Shown piece by piece: positions 49,498-62,953 of a stretch of 64,000 nt of DNA (position 1 is the stretch's first letter; every line of letters begins with the position of its first letter). Made by a program: the position numbers and the translations under genes. The notes under the pieces are model-generated. The model was not told the origin of the DNA. It did not search any database and saw only the letters and a program-made list of their open reading frames with translations. Source of the DNA: Enoplolaimus lenunculus (Eukaryota); NCBI GenBank assembly GCA_030248215.1, contig JASANG010000957.1, positions 124,001 through 188,000 on the forward strand, read 5' to 3'.

Positions 49498-49672
49498 CCT
49501 ATATATTAAAGCTGGAACGCCCCACATGCGTATTTTTGGCAAGTTTTCAGCATACCTTCTTTATAATAAGTTTCATAGAACACAAACGGGATTGTTCTAA
49601 ATTGAAAAATTTGCATATAGCTTTTATGCATTTGCTAAACCATTTGCGCATTGCGCAAAGTTGGATGACTAG
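49498..49672 (+). mobile_element. Short non-autonomous Helitron
   Basis: 5' (T/C)CTATATATTAAAGCTGG, 3' hairpin TTTGCGCA-T-TGCGCAAA followed by CTAG|T; relatives at ~6426, ~12372-12555 (-), ~18396 and 36167-39229 (-, interrupted). Confidence 0.65.
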
Positions 49673-52433
49673 TTAAATATTAAGACTGTGGGTTTTTGCT
49701 ACATTAGCTATTCGTTTTAGAGTTTATCGACTTACAAAAAAGCGTTTTAAAAGATGTAGCTTGAAACGTGAACAAGCGTTTCAAAATGACGTTTTTACTT
49801 TTTTTGACACGATTTGTTGAAAAGGTTTTGTGTCGAGGACAAACCTGAGGCGCATTGGTTTTAGTGGCGGTTTTGTAGATGGTTGATGCTCGCTTGGTTT
49901 TTAATTTTGAATGTATTTATTTCGAAGGACACAGTATGAGCCCGGTTGATATTGTGGAAATGTGTATGAATGATGTGTGACATTTTATATTGACTGAAAT
50001 AATAGCTGGTGATTGTTAAAAGCATTAATAGTTGGAATAGATTGTTTGCATAATCCAACTTTACGTCGAAACTGAAGCATCAGTGTCAGGATTTCTGAAA
50101 CAAAGCGTAGCGAAAACGGAAAGATTACTCTGAAACCTACAAGCCAGTGCAGTTTGCTGTGCCGTGGGAAAACGAACACTCCATCAAAGCAACGTGGGCC
50201 TGTATAACGACTGTATTCGATTGAACATAAAGCAGGTGAAACTTCATTCATTGAATATTAGATCTCTGAATATTAGGATGCAACCGGATGCCAAAAAATG
50301 CCAGAGTTGGACCGGATTAATTTATAATATCTGTCCGGAGCCGGATAATATTAATTCAAACAATATAATAAACGACTTCAAATATCAGAGCGTAGCTAAC
50401 AATTCTTCATGGTGTGAACTAAGGCAATGGTGGAATCAAACCAGCCACCGTCCCGGCTGTAATGCGCAGCTGCACGGCCGATGCGGTGGGCAGAGTCGGC
50501 CGTAAACGAAACGGTTTTTCTTTGCAATTTATTGCCTGATCATATTTCTTGCAGTAACACTGCATGGTATTTGTTATGGATGGCACGGCCAATGTTACTT
50601 TAAGGGGCGTAACAGTAAGTATATTAAGCGTATTCCAAAGCCTAAACCTAAGCGTTGCAAAATGTGTTCCTAAGCCTAAACAAAAAATGTAATCTAGAAT
50701 CTAAACCTACTGTTTTATAGACCCACCAGAAACCTGGACGCCACTTAAAGTAACATGGGCCGATGGCGTAGTGCTTTCTGTTTCAACGCAAATGCGTTTT
50801 TGATCACATTTCGCTTGGACCACAAAAATTGTGGTGTAAATAACGGTGGCTAATAAACAGTAACTAAAAGTACTGGTATAAAATATTTTAAAAAAATTAT
50901 GTTTAATCAAATCTTATCTCTGCTTAATCAACCTTTTGTATGGCTTAAAATCAGTGAAACTTCATTCGAGTTTGGATTTAGTACCCTCGTGATGTATTGT
51001 TATTCATGGTTCATTCTTCAATAAATAGCTATTGATTCGTTTGCTAATTATATATAAACCGAAACATCTGTTAGTAAAAATCTGTGTCCGTTTCCGTTAT
51101 ATAATTATTCACACTAGTTTCTTTTATTTTTATGCTAAAATTAGTTGTAAATCACGTAAATATCTCGTGTCCAACTGCTCTGCTGTCCAAACTGCCCTCC
51201 GCCGTGCCAACTGTCGCCACTGTTCAATTATATGTTGTGCGTACTTCACATTGCTGTCTTGGGAAAATGACGTTCCCTTCAGGGTAACATTGGCCCCGAT
51301 AATGCAGAGTATCCGTATGGTTAAAAGCAAAACAGAACATTGTACGCGATTAGCTGCAACACCTGGAAATTAACGGTTTTCTCGACATACAATGTGGACA
51401 TTCCGGCATAACAATTACGGATATTCATCCTAAATTTTAAAAATTTCGGCGCATCCGCTACTTTTCCTTCAAATTTTTACAAGGCCAAGTGAATATTTTC
51501 TTGCTTCAATTGTGTTGGCAAAAGAATAAAACCATTTGTGACGTTTTGGGCCACAGTCGCCAATACGCAAATTACCTATTTCCTAAGTAATGTTTTAACA
51601 AGTGTTTGCCAGTTTTTCCGCCCTTGCGGCAGGAATTGAATAAACCTGAAAAAGTGGCATGTTTTAGTTACGTGTCTCCAGTATCCCACTGTGATTATTC
51701 GCGTCTTACACCGCTTAGGGGATGGACCGTGATGGACGACGACTGACGGCTCCGCGCGATAAGTACTTTATAGCGTCGCAATTATTGTTAAACTGACCTC
51801 ATTAAATTTTTGTCTTATACACTACAAATTCTGTTCCCATCTTTTTGCCCAATTCAAATTTAGATTCGAAGCCATGTTTTCTATTTTACAGTCCCTTTCG
51901 TTTTTCCAAACAACGAAAAACCGTTTTTCCGGGCGATTCAATTTTACCGGCAAGAGTGCAACCTTGCACTGCAGGGATGCAACCGGAAGTGAAAAATAAC
52001 TGAAGCCGGAGGTCAACACCACTTGCTGGAGTTGACGCCAAAAGGTGATTAATTATGTTTAATTTGTTAATTTTAGCAAATATCTGCATGTGTTGTTTAC
52101 ATCTTTTGGTTTTCGCTTGTTTTTTTTACGAAATTTTGGCAATTATTTCCCTCAAAATTGTGTCAAAGTTTAAAGCGAAACGCGCCAAACAGGTACTTGT
52201 TGTTGAACTGCAAAATTTGACTACCGAAATCCAGAATCTCAGCTAAAAGTTCTACCAGTGCGTCGGTGTTCGATTTTTTTCCGGAGCCGGAGGCCGACTT
52301 CCGATCGGACACGGTTGCACTGCTACTCATTGCAAACGAGAATTATTTTTAGGTGACAAACATTTTCAATAAAGATCTACTTTAAGAACATTGCTATTCA
52401 CATTATCAGTTGATGTTCCAGATTTTGAGTGTA

Positions 52434-53031
52434 CTGTAATCACCCGAATAAGAGGGTGACTGATATTTATTTGGCCTCTCCAGAGGGCACCCCCTTGTTA
52501 TTCGCTTACGGACTGTTATTTATTTTTAGCCCGTATTCGGTATTGCAACTATCCGTTGTATATTAAACGTTTATTTGTCTTGTGCGAATAGCTTGAGCGA
52601 TCATGCAAGGTTATACTTGGAACGTACTTTCAAAATTTATGTAGGCGTTAAAGTTTCGAACTCAAATTTTTGGTCCTGGAGCCATTCATGCGATACAATT
52701 GAGTTTAATTGGCATTTACGGACTCTAATTAGGGTTTAGGGACTCTATCCGCTTACGGACTCTTATTACACTGTAAAAAATGGGGAGTCAAATCGACTCT
52801 CTCGGAAACAGGCTTTTCCTGACGACACAAACTGAGTCAAATTTGACTCCGCCAGAGTCAACTTCGATTCACTGTTGACCCTAGCGGAGTCAAAGTTGAC
52901 TCAGTATGTGTAGTCAGGAAAAGACTGTTTCCGAGGGAGTCAATTTGACTCCTTATTTTTACAGTGTAGGGATACGGACTCCAATTGATTTGGACTCAAA
53001 ATGGGGACCCCCCTTATTCGGGTCAATACAG
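52434..53031. mobile_element. Tc2/pogo-like MITE with nested foldback CACTG MITE (52769-52966)
   Basis: Family TIRs; the flanks of the nested element rejoin as CTCTTAT-TA-GGGATACGG, as in the sibling copies. Confidence 0.8.
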
Positions 53032-56000
53032 TACATGTCCCAATGTGAATAGATTACAGGTTTTATTATAGAGTTTTGACTTTTAAATTTAAACTGTAAA
53101 AGTTGAATTTTTGAAAATATCCACTGCAAAAAAGCGATTCACAGTAATCCTATTTTACTACTATTGTTATACACTGTAGATTCCAGTGAGTTGAGTTTAA
53201 CTCAGAATGAGTTGAATCCACTCAGAGGTGTGTAGTTTTGAATTAGATCTTTGACAACTAAAGAATCCGAATTGTTTGAACTCATTCTGTGTTAATTAAA
53301 TTAACTAACTCAGAATTATATCAGCTCAAAGTGAGTTATTATTTACTGTTATTAACTAAGAAATAACCAGAAATAATTAATTTTCTGTCTGAGTTGATTA
53401 ATCAACTCATTGGAATTTACAGTGTGTAAATTTTAATATGATGTCACACAATTAAGATAGTATTAAAAGCATACTGACGTCCTTTTTGAAATATGAGTTT
53501 GATTTTTTCCGCAATTAATTCTACAAAATATAAAGTATATCTCACATTGAATTCGTAAATTCATTTTCTTCTATATAATTAAAAAGGATTTCATATTTTA
53601 CTAATACTTTCAAGCTGCTTAAGCCTACACTGTAAATTCTAATGAGTTGATTCTAACTCAGAATGAGTTGAATCCACTCAGAAGCCTGACAGCTCTGCAT
53701 AACGTTTTTAGAGCTCAGAAATTCTTAATTGAGAGAACTAATTCTGAGTTAATTAATCAACTCACCCGGAATTAAATCAGCTCAAAGTGAGTTAATATTA
53801 ACTTGTAGTTGTATGATTTTCACGTTCAAAATAGTTATTACATGTATACCTATATCTCGCAATTATTCGTTGCAAATATGCTGCAATTGTTCGACATGAA
53901 ACAAAATTACGTAATCCATCCAAAAATCTTGAGATGCATCCACCATTTTTACTTTAAAATTTTTTGAAAGACCGGTTAATATATACACCCCACAATTGTG
54001 TTGGCAGAATAATAACACATTTTTAAAACTTTTATACTTCAATATACGCTTGCGTTATTTTTACTATCCATTTACACCCTGCTTATTATATATGTCCGGA
54101 TACAACCGGAGGTATGACTCCACCTCAGGCAGAAAATCAACAGTGTTCTTGTACTGTAGTTACCCGAATAAGAGGGTGTAATAAGAGGGGTCTCCATTTT
54201 GAGTCCCAATCAATAGGAGTCCGTAACCCAAATAAGAGTGCTTAAGCAGATAGAGTCTCTAAATCCTAACTGGAGTCGATAATTGTCAGTTATTCCTTAT
54301 TGTAGTGCATAAATAACTCCAGGACGAAACAAAGTTGAGTTCTAAACTTCAAAGCATACTTAACGAAGGGCGGGTTAAAAAGAAATAACAGTCCGTATCC
54401 GAATAACACGGGGGAAATACTGTCTGGAAATGTCAAATAAATATCAGCCCCTCCTTTTATTCGGGTCACTACAATAGGTATTTTTCAGTAATTTGAACAC
54501 TAGAAAAGTATATATTTATGTTTTCGTGTAAAATTTGAGTAATAATAAATGTTTTTTTCAAAAATAAATGAATTAGTAACGTCATGTTGTGAAACAATCT
54601 TTTCAACAGATTTGAAAAAAGAAAACAAGAAAAATGATTTATATTTAATCTCAGCAACACCAGACATGAGCACAACAGACGAACATTTGTTAATATTGTC
54701 AAAGTGAAAAAATTTGATGATTTTGACTAAATTTTGTTGTACAAATTTAAAAATTCAAAATCTTTAAAACTGTCAACTGTGATTTGAAACGGTGACATCA
54801 TTTTTAGTAATTTAATTGCTTGCGCTGGCGGATTCAATTAGATCACACGGTATACGTCATGCGACCCCCAAACATGAATGAAATTCAAAATTTTTGACCC
54901 CCAAACATGAATGAAAATCAAAATTTTTGACCATACCAAACATGAATGAAAATCAAATTTTGTCTTTAGCTCACTTCGCTTTCGAGCATATTCACTATAG
55001 ATCGCACAACCCCCCCCCCCATCAGAAATTTTTGAATCTGTTACTATAAAGCACCCCGCAGGTTAAACGTTTTTGTGCTGTCTCAAAGAAGTCTAAAAGT
55101 TAACTTCCGGAAATTATAGACGTTAACGATAAATCATAAATGACAGATGAACAACAATTGTTTACGAGGACGATTTTGCTACATTTTGATTGTTTCATAA
55201 TTTTTCAAATTTTCCAATGTTTTAAAAATGTAAAATTAAGAGAGAAAAAACTATCTTAAATTTTCAAATTTTCGTAAAATATAATAATATTAATAGTAAA
55301 TCTGCCATATCTGTGGTTTTATGATGTTTCCTGGTGCTGTTTTAGTTAAGGGTCATTTAATTTTGTCTTGAACGTTTGTGATTAATTTCGACGCTGTAAT
55401 ATTGGTGTTTTTGATGTAATTGGCAAATCTGTGGTGTAAAAATTCAAGCTATATAAAGCGTAAGTTGTCTCTAGCTTCTAACATCATGTGTTCATTTTAG
55501 TTTGCATAGATTAAAAGTTTCGTTTCAGTTGTGTTTGTTTGATTGGCCCTTGGGAATTATATACGTGTAGAAACTGCTAGACACGATGAGACAAAGACTT
55601 GAGCGCTTAGGCTTAGGCTTAGGATTTAGGCTTATGTTTAATCTTACGTTTAGGGCTAAACTTTAGGCTTTGTGAGTAGGCCTTTGAATTAAAATAAAGC
55701 TGTAGATTTATAATTTGGTTTGTGTACATGTAATGTTTTTACGTTAATATATTTGACAGCGGCCTATTTTTTTAACTTTTCGTAATGGTTTGTAATTTGA
55801 TTTTAAATATGGTTTTTAAAAGTACGCTGTAAGTTTCAGCGAGTTGATTAATCAACTCAGACAATGAATTAGGTATTTTTGGTCATTTCTGAGTTAATAA
55901 CAGTAAATATTGACTCACTCTGAGTTCATTTAATTCCGGGTGTGTTGATTAATTAACTCAGATTTAGTTAAACCAGTTCAGAATTCTGTGTTCTGAAAAA

Positions 56001-57880
56001 CCTAATTTAGAGGTCAGGCTTCGTAGTGGATTCAACTCATTCTGAGTTAAAACCAACTCATTGGAATTTACAGTGAAAACTCAATTCAGGTTCATATGTA
56101 GATGCCACGTTGCTCTGAAAGATGTCGGATTCATAAATTTTTCTCCGTTTTTTAAGATTAAGGTCTATACGTTTTTTGTGCTAACTACTTTGTTTAGACT
56201 TTTAGGTGTTTTAATAATAAAAAGTTAAAACTTTTATTGCTTAGCTAAATCAGCTTTTTGTCTATAACTTTTCCCAACCGTAAAAGTAAGTTGAGTGTCA
56301 AAGATACACTGTAAATTCCAATGAGTTAATTAATCAACTCACAGACGGCAAGTTCGTTTTTTATGAGTTATTATAAACAGTAAACTTTAACTCATGAGTG
56401 CTGAGTTGATTCCGGGATAGTTAATTAATTAAATCAGAATGAGTTGAATCAACCCAGAATTCTGAGTTCTGATAGTCCTAGCTCATCTCAGTGATTCAAC
56501 TCATTCTGAGTTAAAACCAACTCCCTGGAATTTACAGTCTAAAATATTTCTATGCTTATAGAAGCCATTTAATGGCACGATTAGATTCTTGAAGTTAGGG
56601 ACATATCCTAAATAGATTTAATTTCGGGAGAGTAACTTCTTAACTACTTGTAAAAAAAGTTTTCAGCCTCAAATATTTAGGAAATTTTTCTAAAAACACT
56701 GATAAGGATATTTTGCAGTATGTCTGTCTAGAAATTTTGGGAAGGAATATAAACCGTCTATCTATGCCCTTGCGGTATCTATACGACCTTTCCCTAGTAG
56801 AAATTATCAAAATAGTTGAAATTATAACAATTATTCTAAGTTAGTAAGTTTTAGGTTTAGGTTCAACTTTAAGCACTTTAATAAAAACTCTATTTAAGGA
56901 TAAATAGGTCGCTATAAAACAAACCATTTTGAATCTAACTAGTCATATGACTCTCTTCGAAATGGGCTTTTCCGGAGTACATAAATTGAGTCAAACTCGA
57001 CTCCGCCAAGTGACTCTGGTGGAGTTGAATTTTGACTCAATTTGTGGAGTCCCGTAGAGCCTATTTTGGAGAGAGTCAATTTGACTCACCATTTTTTGCA
57101 GTGTACTCTGTAAATTTCAGTGAGTTGATTTTTACTCAGAATGAGTTGAATCCGATCAGAAACTTGAGCTTTGAATTAGGTCTTTCACAACTCACAATTC
57201 TGAATTGTTTGACTTCTCTATCGGTTAATTAATCAACTAACCCAGAATTAAATCAGCTCATATTGAGTTAATATTCACTGTTATTAATTCAGAAGTAACC
57301 AGAAATATCTAATTCTTTCTCTGAGTTGATTAATTAATTCATCGGAATTTGCATTGTTTTACTAATATTTGTATAAAATTTCATTGATTTTTCATAAAGT
57401 TTTGCGTCTGATAAACGAACGTATTTACCGAACTAAAAAGATTTCCGTCAGATTTGAAATCTAAATTTTATATTTAAATCTTTTATAAAAATTATAACAG
57501 TCAACGTCACATTGCCTCTCCCCTCCTAATTGTAAATTTAAGTGAGTTGATTTTAACTCAAAATGAGTTGAATCACTAATTCTGAATTAGGACTATCAGA
57601 ACCCATAATTCTGAGTATATTCAGCTCATTCTGATTTAATTAACTAACTGCCCCCGGAATCACCTCAACTCAGAGTGAGAATCAGCTCAACTCAGACTGA
57701 GATAAAGTTAACTATTATTAACTCAGAAATATGTTGCTTCTGAGTTAATTAATTAACTCATTGGAATTTACAGTGCAAAAAAAAACTGCAAACATTACAA
57801 ATATGGCACAAATTTTGATATAAAAATATTTAAATTTTAGAGAAAATTGTTTTAGTACAGAATCTCACTATCGCAAAAAA

Positions 57881-60800
57881 ATGGGTGAATATTCAGAATG
57901 CAACTCTGGAATGATGAGCGACGCTATGCATCGTCGCGTGCGATTTGTTGCGTTTGTTGCAGTTGTCATTTCAACTGTTGCTGTTGTCAGTTCAGTGATT
58001 ACACTTCCGTTGCTCTACAACTACATGCAACATCTTCAATCCCACATCATGAGCGAAGTTGAGCTTTGTCGAGTAAGTTCAACACACGTGGAAACAGCAA
58101 TTGAATTTAAACTTCAGTTGAATTTATTGCTATTCAGGTGGTTGTCAGCAATACTGAATGTCAGAAAGGATGCGAAACATATCTGACCGGAGTTCTTTCA
58201 TTTAGTGTACAATTTAGCTTTAACAGTTGCATTATCTGTAACATTAAAGCTGTCTCTATGTTGCGTCCCGGTTAAGTGTGGCACTGGTATTGATTTTGCC
58301 TGTGCACACTGTAAAATGAATGAGTTGAGTTGAATCACTCAGTCTGAGTAAGGAGTTTCAGAACTCAGTAGTCTGAGTCAATAAAACTCTTTCTGATTTA
58401 ATTATTCAACTTACACGGAATAAACTGAACGCAGAGAAAGAATCAGCTCAACTCAGAGTGAGATAATGTTAACTTTAAAGTTGGACCCAACATCTTTCCT
58501 TGTTTTCTGTTGGATAGAACTGAGTTGCTTTGAAGCATTTATGTTGATTGCAATGTTCGTTATTCTGGTTTCAATAAGGTTTATACCGGTTGTCTGAGCG
58601 TCTATGCCATTTTTGAACGCGATTGTTCTGCTTTGGTCTCGTATAATGGACTCTAATTAGGACGTATGCAGTACATCCAGTAACGGACTCAAATTATGGA
58701 TATAGACTTTATGTTGATTGATCCTTAAAATGTGGACCCATTATAACCTGTCCCTTCTATACGCTTTTCGCGTCTTCAAAAAAGCGTATATATTGATGAG
58801 AAAATAGCGTTTTTGCAACCGCTAAATCCAGAAAAGCCTATTTCGAACAGAGTCAATTTGATCCATCATTTTTTTTGCAGTGTAGCTATATCTTTATTTA
58901 TAAGCTACATTTACTTTAAAACGTTTTGAAAAATAATTGCTGAAACGCGAAAAACGTTTAAAATAGCGCTTTGTTCACACGACTCCTTAAACTATTGAAT
59001 AGCAAATATTTTAAGCTTCGAACTCGAGATATGAACCAACAAGCGTCGATGCTTTTGGACACCGGATCTGGTGATACCGGAATTGATATTTCAATAACCG
59101 GTGAAGATAGAGCCAAGCGATCCACTTGGCTCTTTGGTCAGGCCTATGGACGTCGACCTGGCGGTGGATTTCCAGGCGGTGGCGGGGTTGTCGCAATTGG
59201 AGGCAATTGTAAGTTTTCCCATCTTGGAGCTCGTCAAATATGATACCATAAATGGTATTTTCACACTGTAAATTTTAATGAGTTGATTATAACTCAAAAT
59301 GAGTTGAATCACTCAGTCTGAGTTAGGACTGTGAGAACTCCGAATTTTGAGTTGATTCAATACAATCTGAGTTAATTAATTAACTCACTCAGAGTCAACT
59401 CAACTTAGAGTAAGAACCAACTAAACTCAGCAGTGACTTTACTAAATTTGCAAGAAAATCTTAGTATATGTCGTTTGAGCAGTTCCGAACGTATATCATT
59501 AAACAAACATCTATAGCACGGGAATTTCTGCACATTGCGTACACAAGTTAAAGTAAACGGTGCCTTATGCATTGACAAAACTTGGATTCGCCAATGGATA
59601 AGGGCCCAGTACAAAATTTGACCAAATTGTAGCGTAGAATTTAACATTCATAGCAGACTTTAAAAAACATTATTATGTATCTACAACACATATTTCTTTG
59701 AACATTACCGCTAGCGAATACAGTAGTCACTGCTCGACGGCGGTGACAAAAAAGATTTAAAGATCTGTCATGTATATGTCGAAGGCCAATCTGCTACTCA
59801 GGTTACTTACTAATTGGCCTAGGCCAATCTGCTATTTTATGCAATAGCAGTGCGGCCTGGGCTAGGAACTTATGGACCAATCAGATTTGATAATTTAGTC
59901 AGACGCAATACCGTTATAACCAATTAGCATTGAATTTTACATCACTGTTGTTTTGCGAAATGTCACAATCGCAAATTGGCCAAGGCCAAACTGCTATTTG
60001 CCTCGAATAGCAAATTGGCCTAGGCCAATTGTTAATTGGCATGAATAGCAGATTGGCCTAGGCCAATTGTTAATTGGCCTGAATAGCAGATTGGCCTAGG
60101 CCAATCGGTAATTGGCTTGAATAGCAGATTGGCCTAGGCCAATTGTTAATTGGCTTGAATAGCAGATTGGTCTAGGCCAATTGGTAATTGGCCTGAATAG
60201 CAGATTGGCCTAGGCCAATTGTTAATTGGATTGAATAGCAGATTGGCCTAGGCCAATTGGTAATTGGCTTGAATAGCAGGTTGGCCTACGACATACACAC
60301 CGGGAAATTTTTGATACCTGTACATGACAAGAGTACATGAAAATTATGGCATTGTGTATGCAAGTTATTACGGATAATCCATTGTTTAGGTTGCCCTTGT
60401 CAACAAGGAGAAGCCGGTCCACCTGGACCAAAGGGCAGAGACGGCAAAATTGGAGACGATGGAGTTCGAGGCACAGACGGATTTCCGGGTGAAGACGGTG
60501 ACGTCACCGAAGCAAAAATTCCCACAGATGTTTGTATGGTGTGCCCTACCGGTCCACCTGGCGTTGCAGGTCCTCAAGGGTAAGCAGGCAGCCAGTCAAC
60601 TGTACGGCAACGGAAATCCATTGCGTTCCCGTAGTCAAGGGTGGGTGAATTTACGGATGCTCTGTGAAAATCGATATTCCTGGGAATCCTATCAAAAATG
60701 TTTTTTGTATAACATTAGATGTTTGATGATTATTATGGGTTTGAACTCTAGTAATAAAAACCCTTAATTTAGTATCTGAGGTAGAAAAATTTAATATATG

Positions 60801-62953
60801 TAGCAGTTTGGACGTTTTTAATTGTGTAGATGCCACTGTATGCACAGTAAAAGTTGTCTCTATGAACAGTTGCAAGGATAAAAAATTTGAGTTTCAAGTT
60901 TGAGTTGATTTGTTTAAGGAAATTCCACAATATCATGGGTACACAAATTGACTTTTGAAGGAGTAGTGTGATGAATACTGAAGCCAAAAAGCTTCAGTAT
61001 GCGACGAATTAAAGCCAAAAAAGCGTCAGTGTCCATCACACTATTCCCCACAAAAGTCATCTGGTGTACGCATGATATTGTGGAATTTGCATTATATAAT
61101 ATATAATATACATGTATACATATTTATATATTTATATATAAGTCCACTTTTAAACTTTCAAATTTCATAAAAAAATTCAATTTTACAGACCCATTGGCAA
61201 GCGAGGACCTGATGGCAATACTGGGAATACAGGTCAGCCTGGTCGACAGGGTTCCCGCGGCCCACCAGGACCACAAGGAACAGCCGGAACTGACGGGGGC
61301 CCCGGCGAAAAAGGTCCAAAGGTATGTCTTCTGGTACGATTTAAAACAGCATAGTTCACAGCTGCGCTGGCACACAAATCGGCACTGGCGTTAGAAAGAT
61401 ATAACTCACGAACGAAGCGAGCGAAAAGCCAGACGCATTTTTAATAAAATTTGCCTATGCAAATTGATAATTTGGCTTGGGTCCTGGTCTACAAGCCAGC
61501 TAATGATAAGTGCTACCCACATTTGAGTGTGCATATGCCACTAAGGTCAAAACTGCACACTGACTGTTTTGCGTAGCATTTTTGATGTGTTTGTATGTTT
61601 AGCTAACTGTAGGGCTAATTAAAATATTAAGTTGATTCAAATTGCTAAAACGTCTTTCATACGTAATTTGGGCATCGTTCAAGACAATTTTAGTTATTAT
61701 TAGGTATGTAAACAAATAATAAAGAAAACGGTCAATGTTACTTTAAGGGGCGTAACAGTAGATTAAGCGTATTCTTAAGCTTAAGCCTTAAACCTAAGCG
61801 TTGCAAAAATGTGTTCCTAACCCTAAACCTACGGTAGTGACCCGAATATGAGGGGGGACTGATATTTATTATTTGGCCTCTCCAGAGGGTACCCCCCTTG
61901 TTATTCGGTTACGGACTGTTGTTTATTTTGAACCAGCCCTGCACCACCCTTCCTTACTGAAATATATCCGAATTGCAACGATCCGTTGAATTAAACAGTT
62001 TTTGCCTTGCATTAAAAGCTTGAGCGATAATGCAAGGTTATACTTAGGAATGTACTTTCAAAATTTAAGTACGTTTTAAAGTTTCGAACTCTAATTATTT
62101 GGTCCTGGAGTCATTTATGCGCTACAATTAGGGATAATTGACATTTATAGACTCTGATTAAAGTTTCGGGACTCTATTCACTAGCGGGATACGGACTCCT
62201 ATTGATTGGGACTCGAAATGGGACCCACCTCTTATTACCCCCCTCTTATTCAGGTCAATACAGTAAGCCTAAGCCTAAGCAAGAAATGTAATCTAGAATC
62301 TAAAACTACTCTTTTATGGACCCACCAGAAACCTGGACGCCCCTTAAAGTAACATGAGCCAAGAAAAGTATACTAAATGAAAGCAAACCAGTCTAAACGA
62401 CAGTCGATGGAGTGTTTAAAGATTATTACAGCGCGTGAGTTAATTAATCAACTCAGACGGAAAGTTAGTTACTTCTAAGTTAATAACAGCAAACTTTAAC
62501 TCACTTTGAGTTCAATTGAGTCTCACTCTGAGTTGATTTAATTTCGGGAAAGTTGATTAATTAAACCAGAATGAGTTTATATCAACTCAGAATTATGAGT
62601 TCTGATAGTTCTAGCTTTGACTGAGTGATTGAACTCAGTTTGTGTTGAAATCAACTCATTGGAATTTACAGTGTAAATCAGCTACTGATCAGTAGCTTGA
62701 AGCATGCAATGTATTGCGTTTCCATTAGAATCGATAGTAATTTTGTTTTAAATCTTATATTTATTACAGTATTTCGTCTGAAATTCAATTAGTTATCTAT
62801 TTCAGGGTCCACCAGGAGCGATCAGAGTTATTGCTGGACAACGCGGCCGACCAGGCAGACGAGGCAAACGAGGTATTCTTGGCCAACCTGGCAAACCTGG
62901 ACCCAACGGTCTTCCGGGCAGTTTTGGACCGCTTGGACTTTCTGGTGTTCAAG
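57881..62953 (+). CDS. Nematode cuticle collagen, 5' part; continues beyond the right edge
   Basis: Exons 57881-58072, 59016-59208, 60390-60579, 61189-61321, 62806-62953. Contains the Col_cuticle_N domain (RFVAFVAVVISTVAVVSSVITLPLLYNYMQHLQSHIMSEVELCR), furin-type RAKR site, CCPCQQG, then Gly-X-Y blocks interrupted by CMVCP. Confidence 0.93.
59771..60298. repeat. Inverted-repeat element with a 38-bp palindromic tandem array
   Basis: Units GAATAGCAGATTGGCCTAGGCCAATTGTTAATTGGC.. at 60005, 60043, 60081 etc.; inverted copies at 59784-59835; matching ends TATGTCG(A/T)AGGCCAA. Confidence 0.8.
61730..62360. mobile_element. Telomeric-repeat MITE containing a nested Tc2-like MITE (61832-62263)
   Basis: TSD AAGAAAAC/AAGAAAAG; the nested element sits in the TA of a CCTAAG hexamer. 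Confidence 0.8.

Noticed and set aside
55450..55457. TATA box for the collagen gene
   Set aside because: TATATAAA is common in AT-rich DNA and lies 2.4 kb upstream; there is no independent support.
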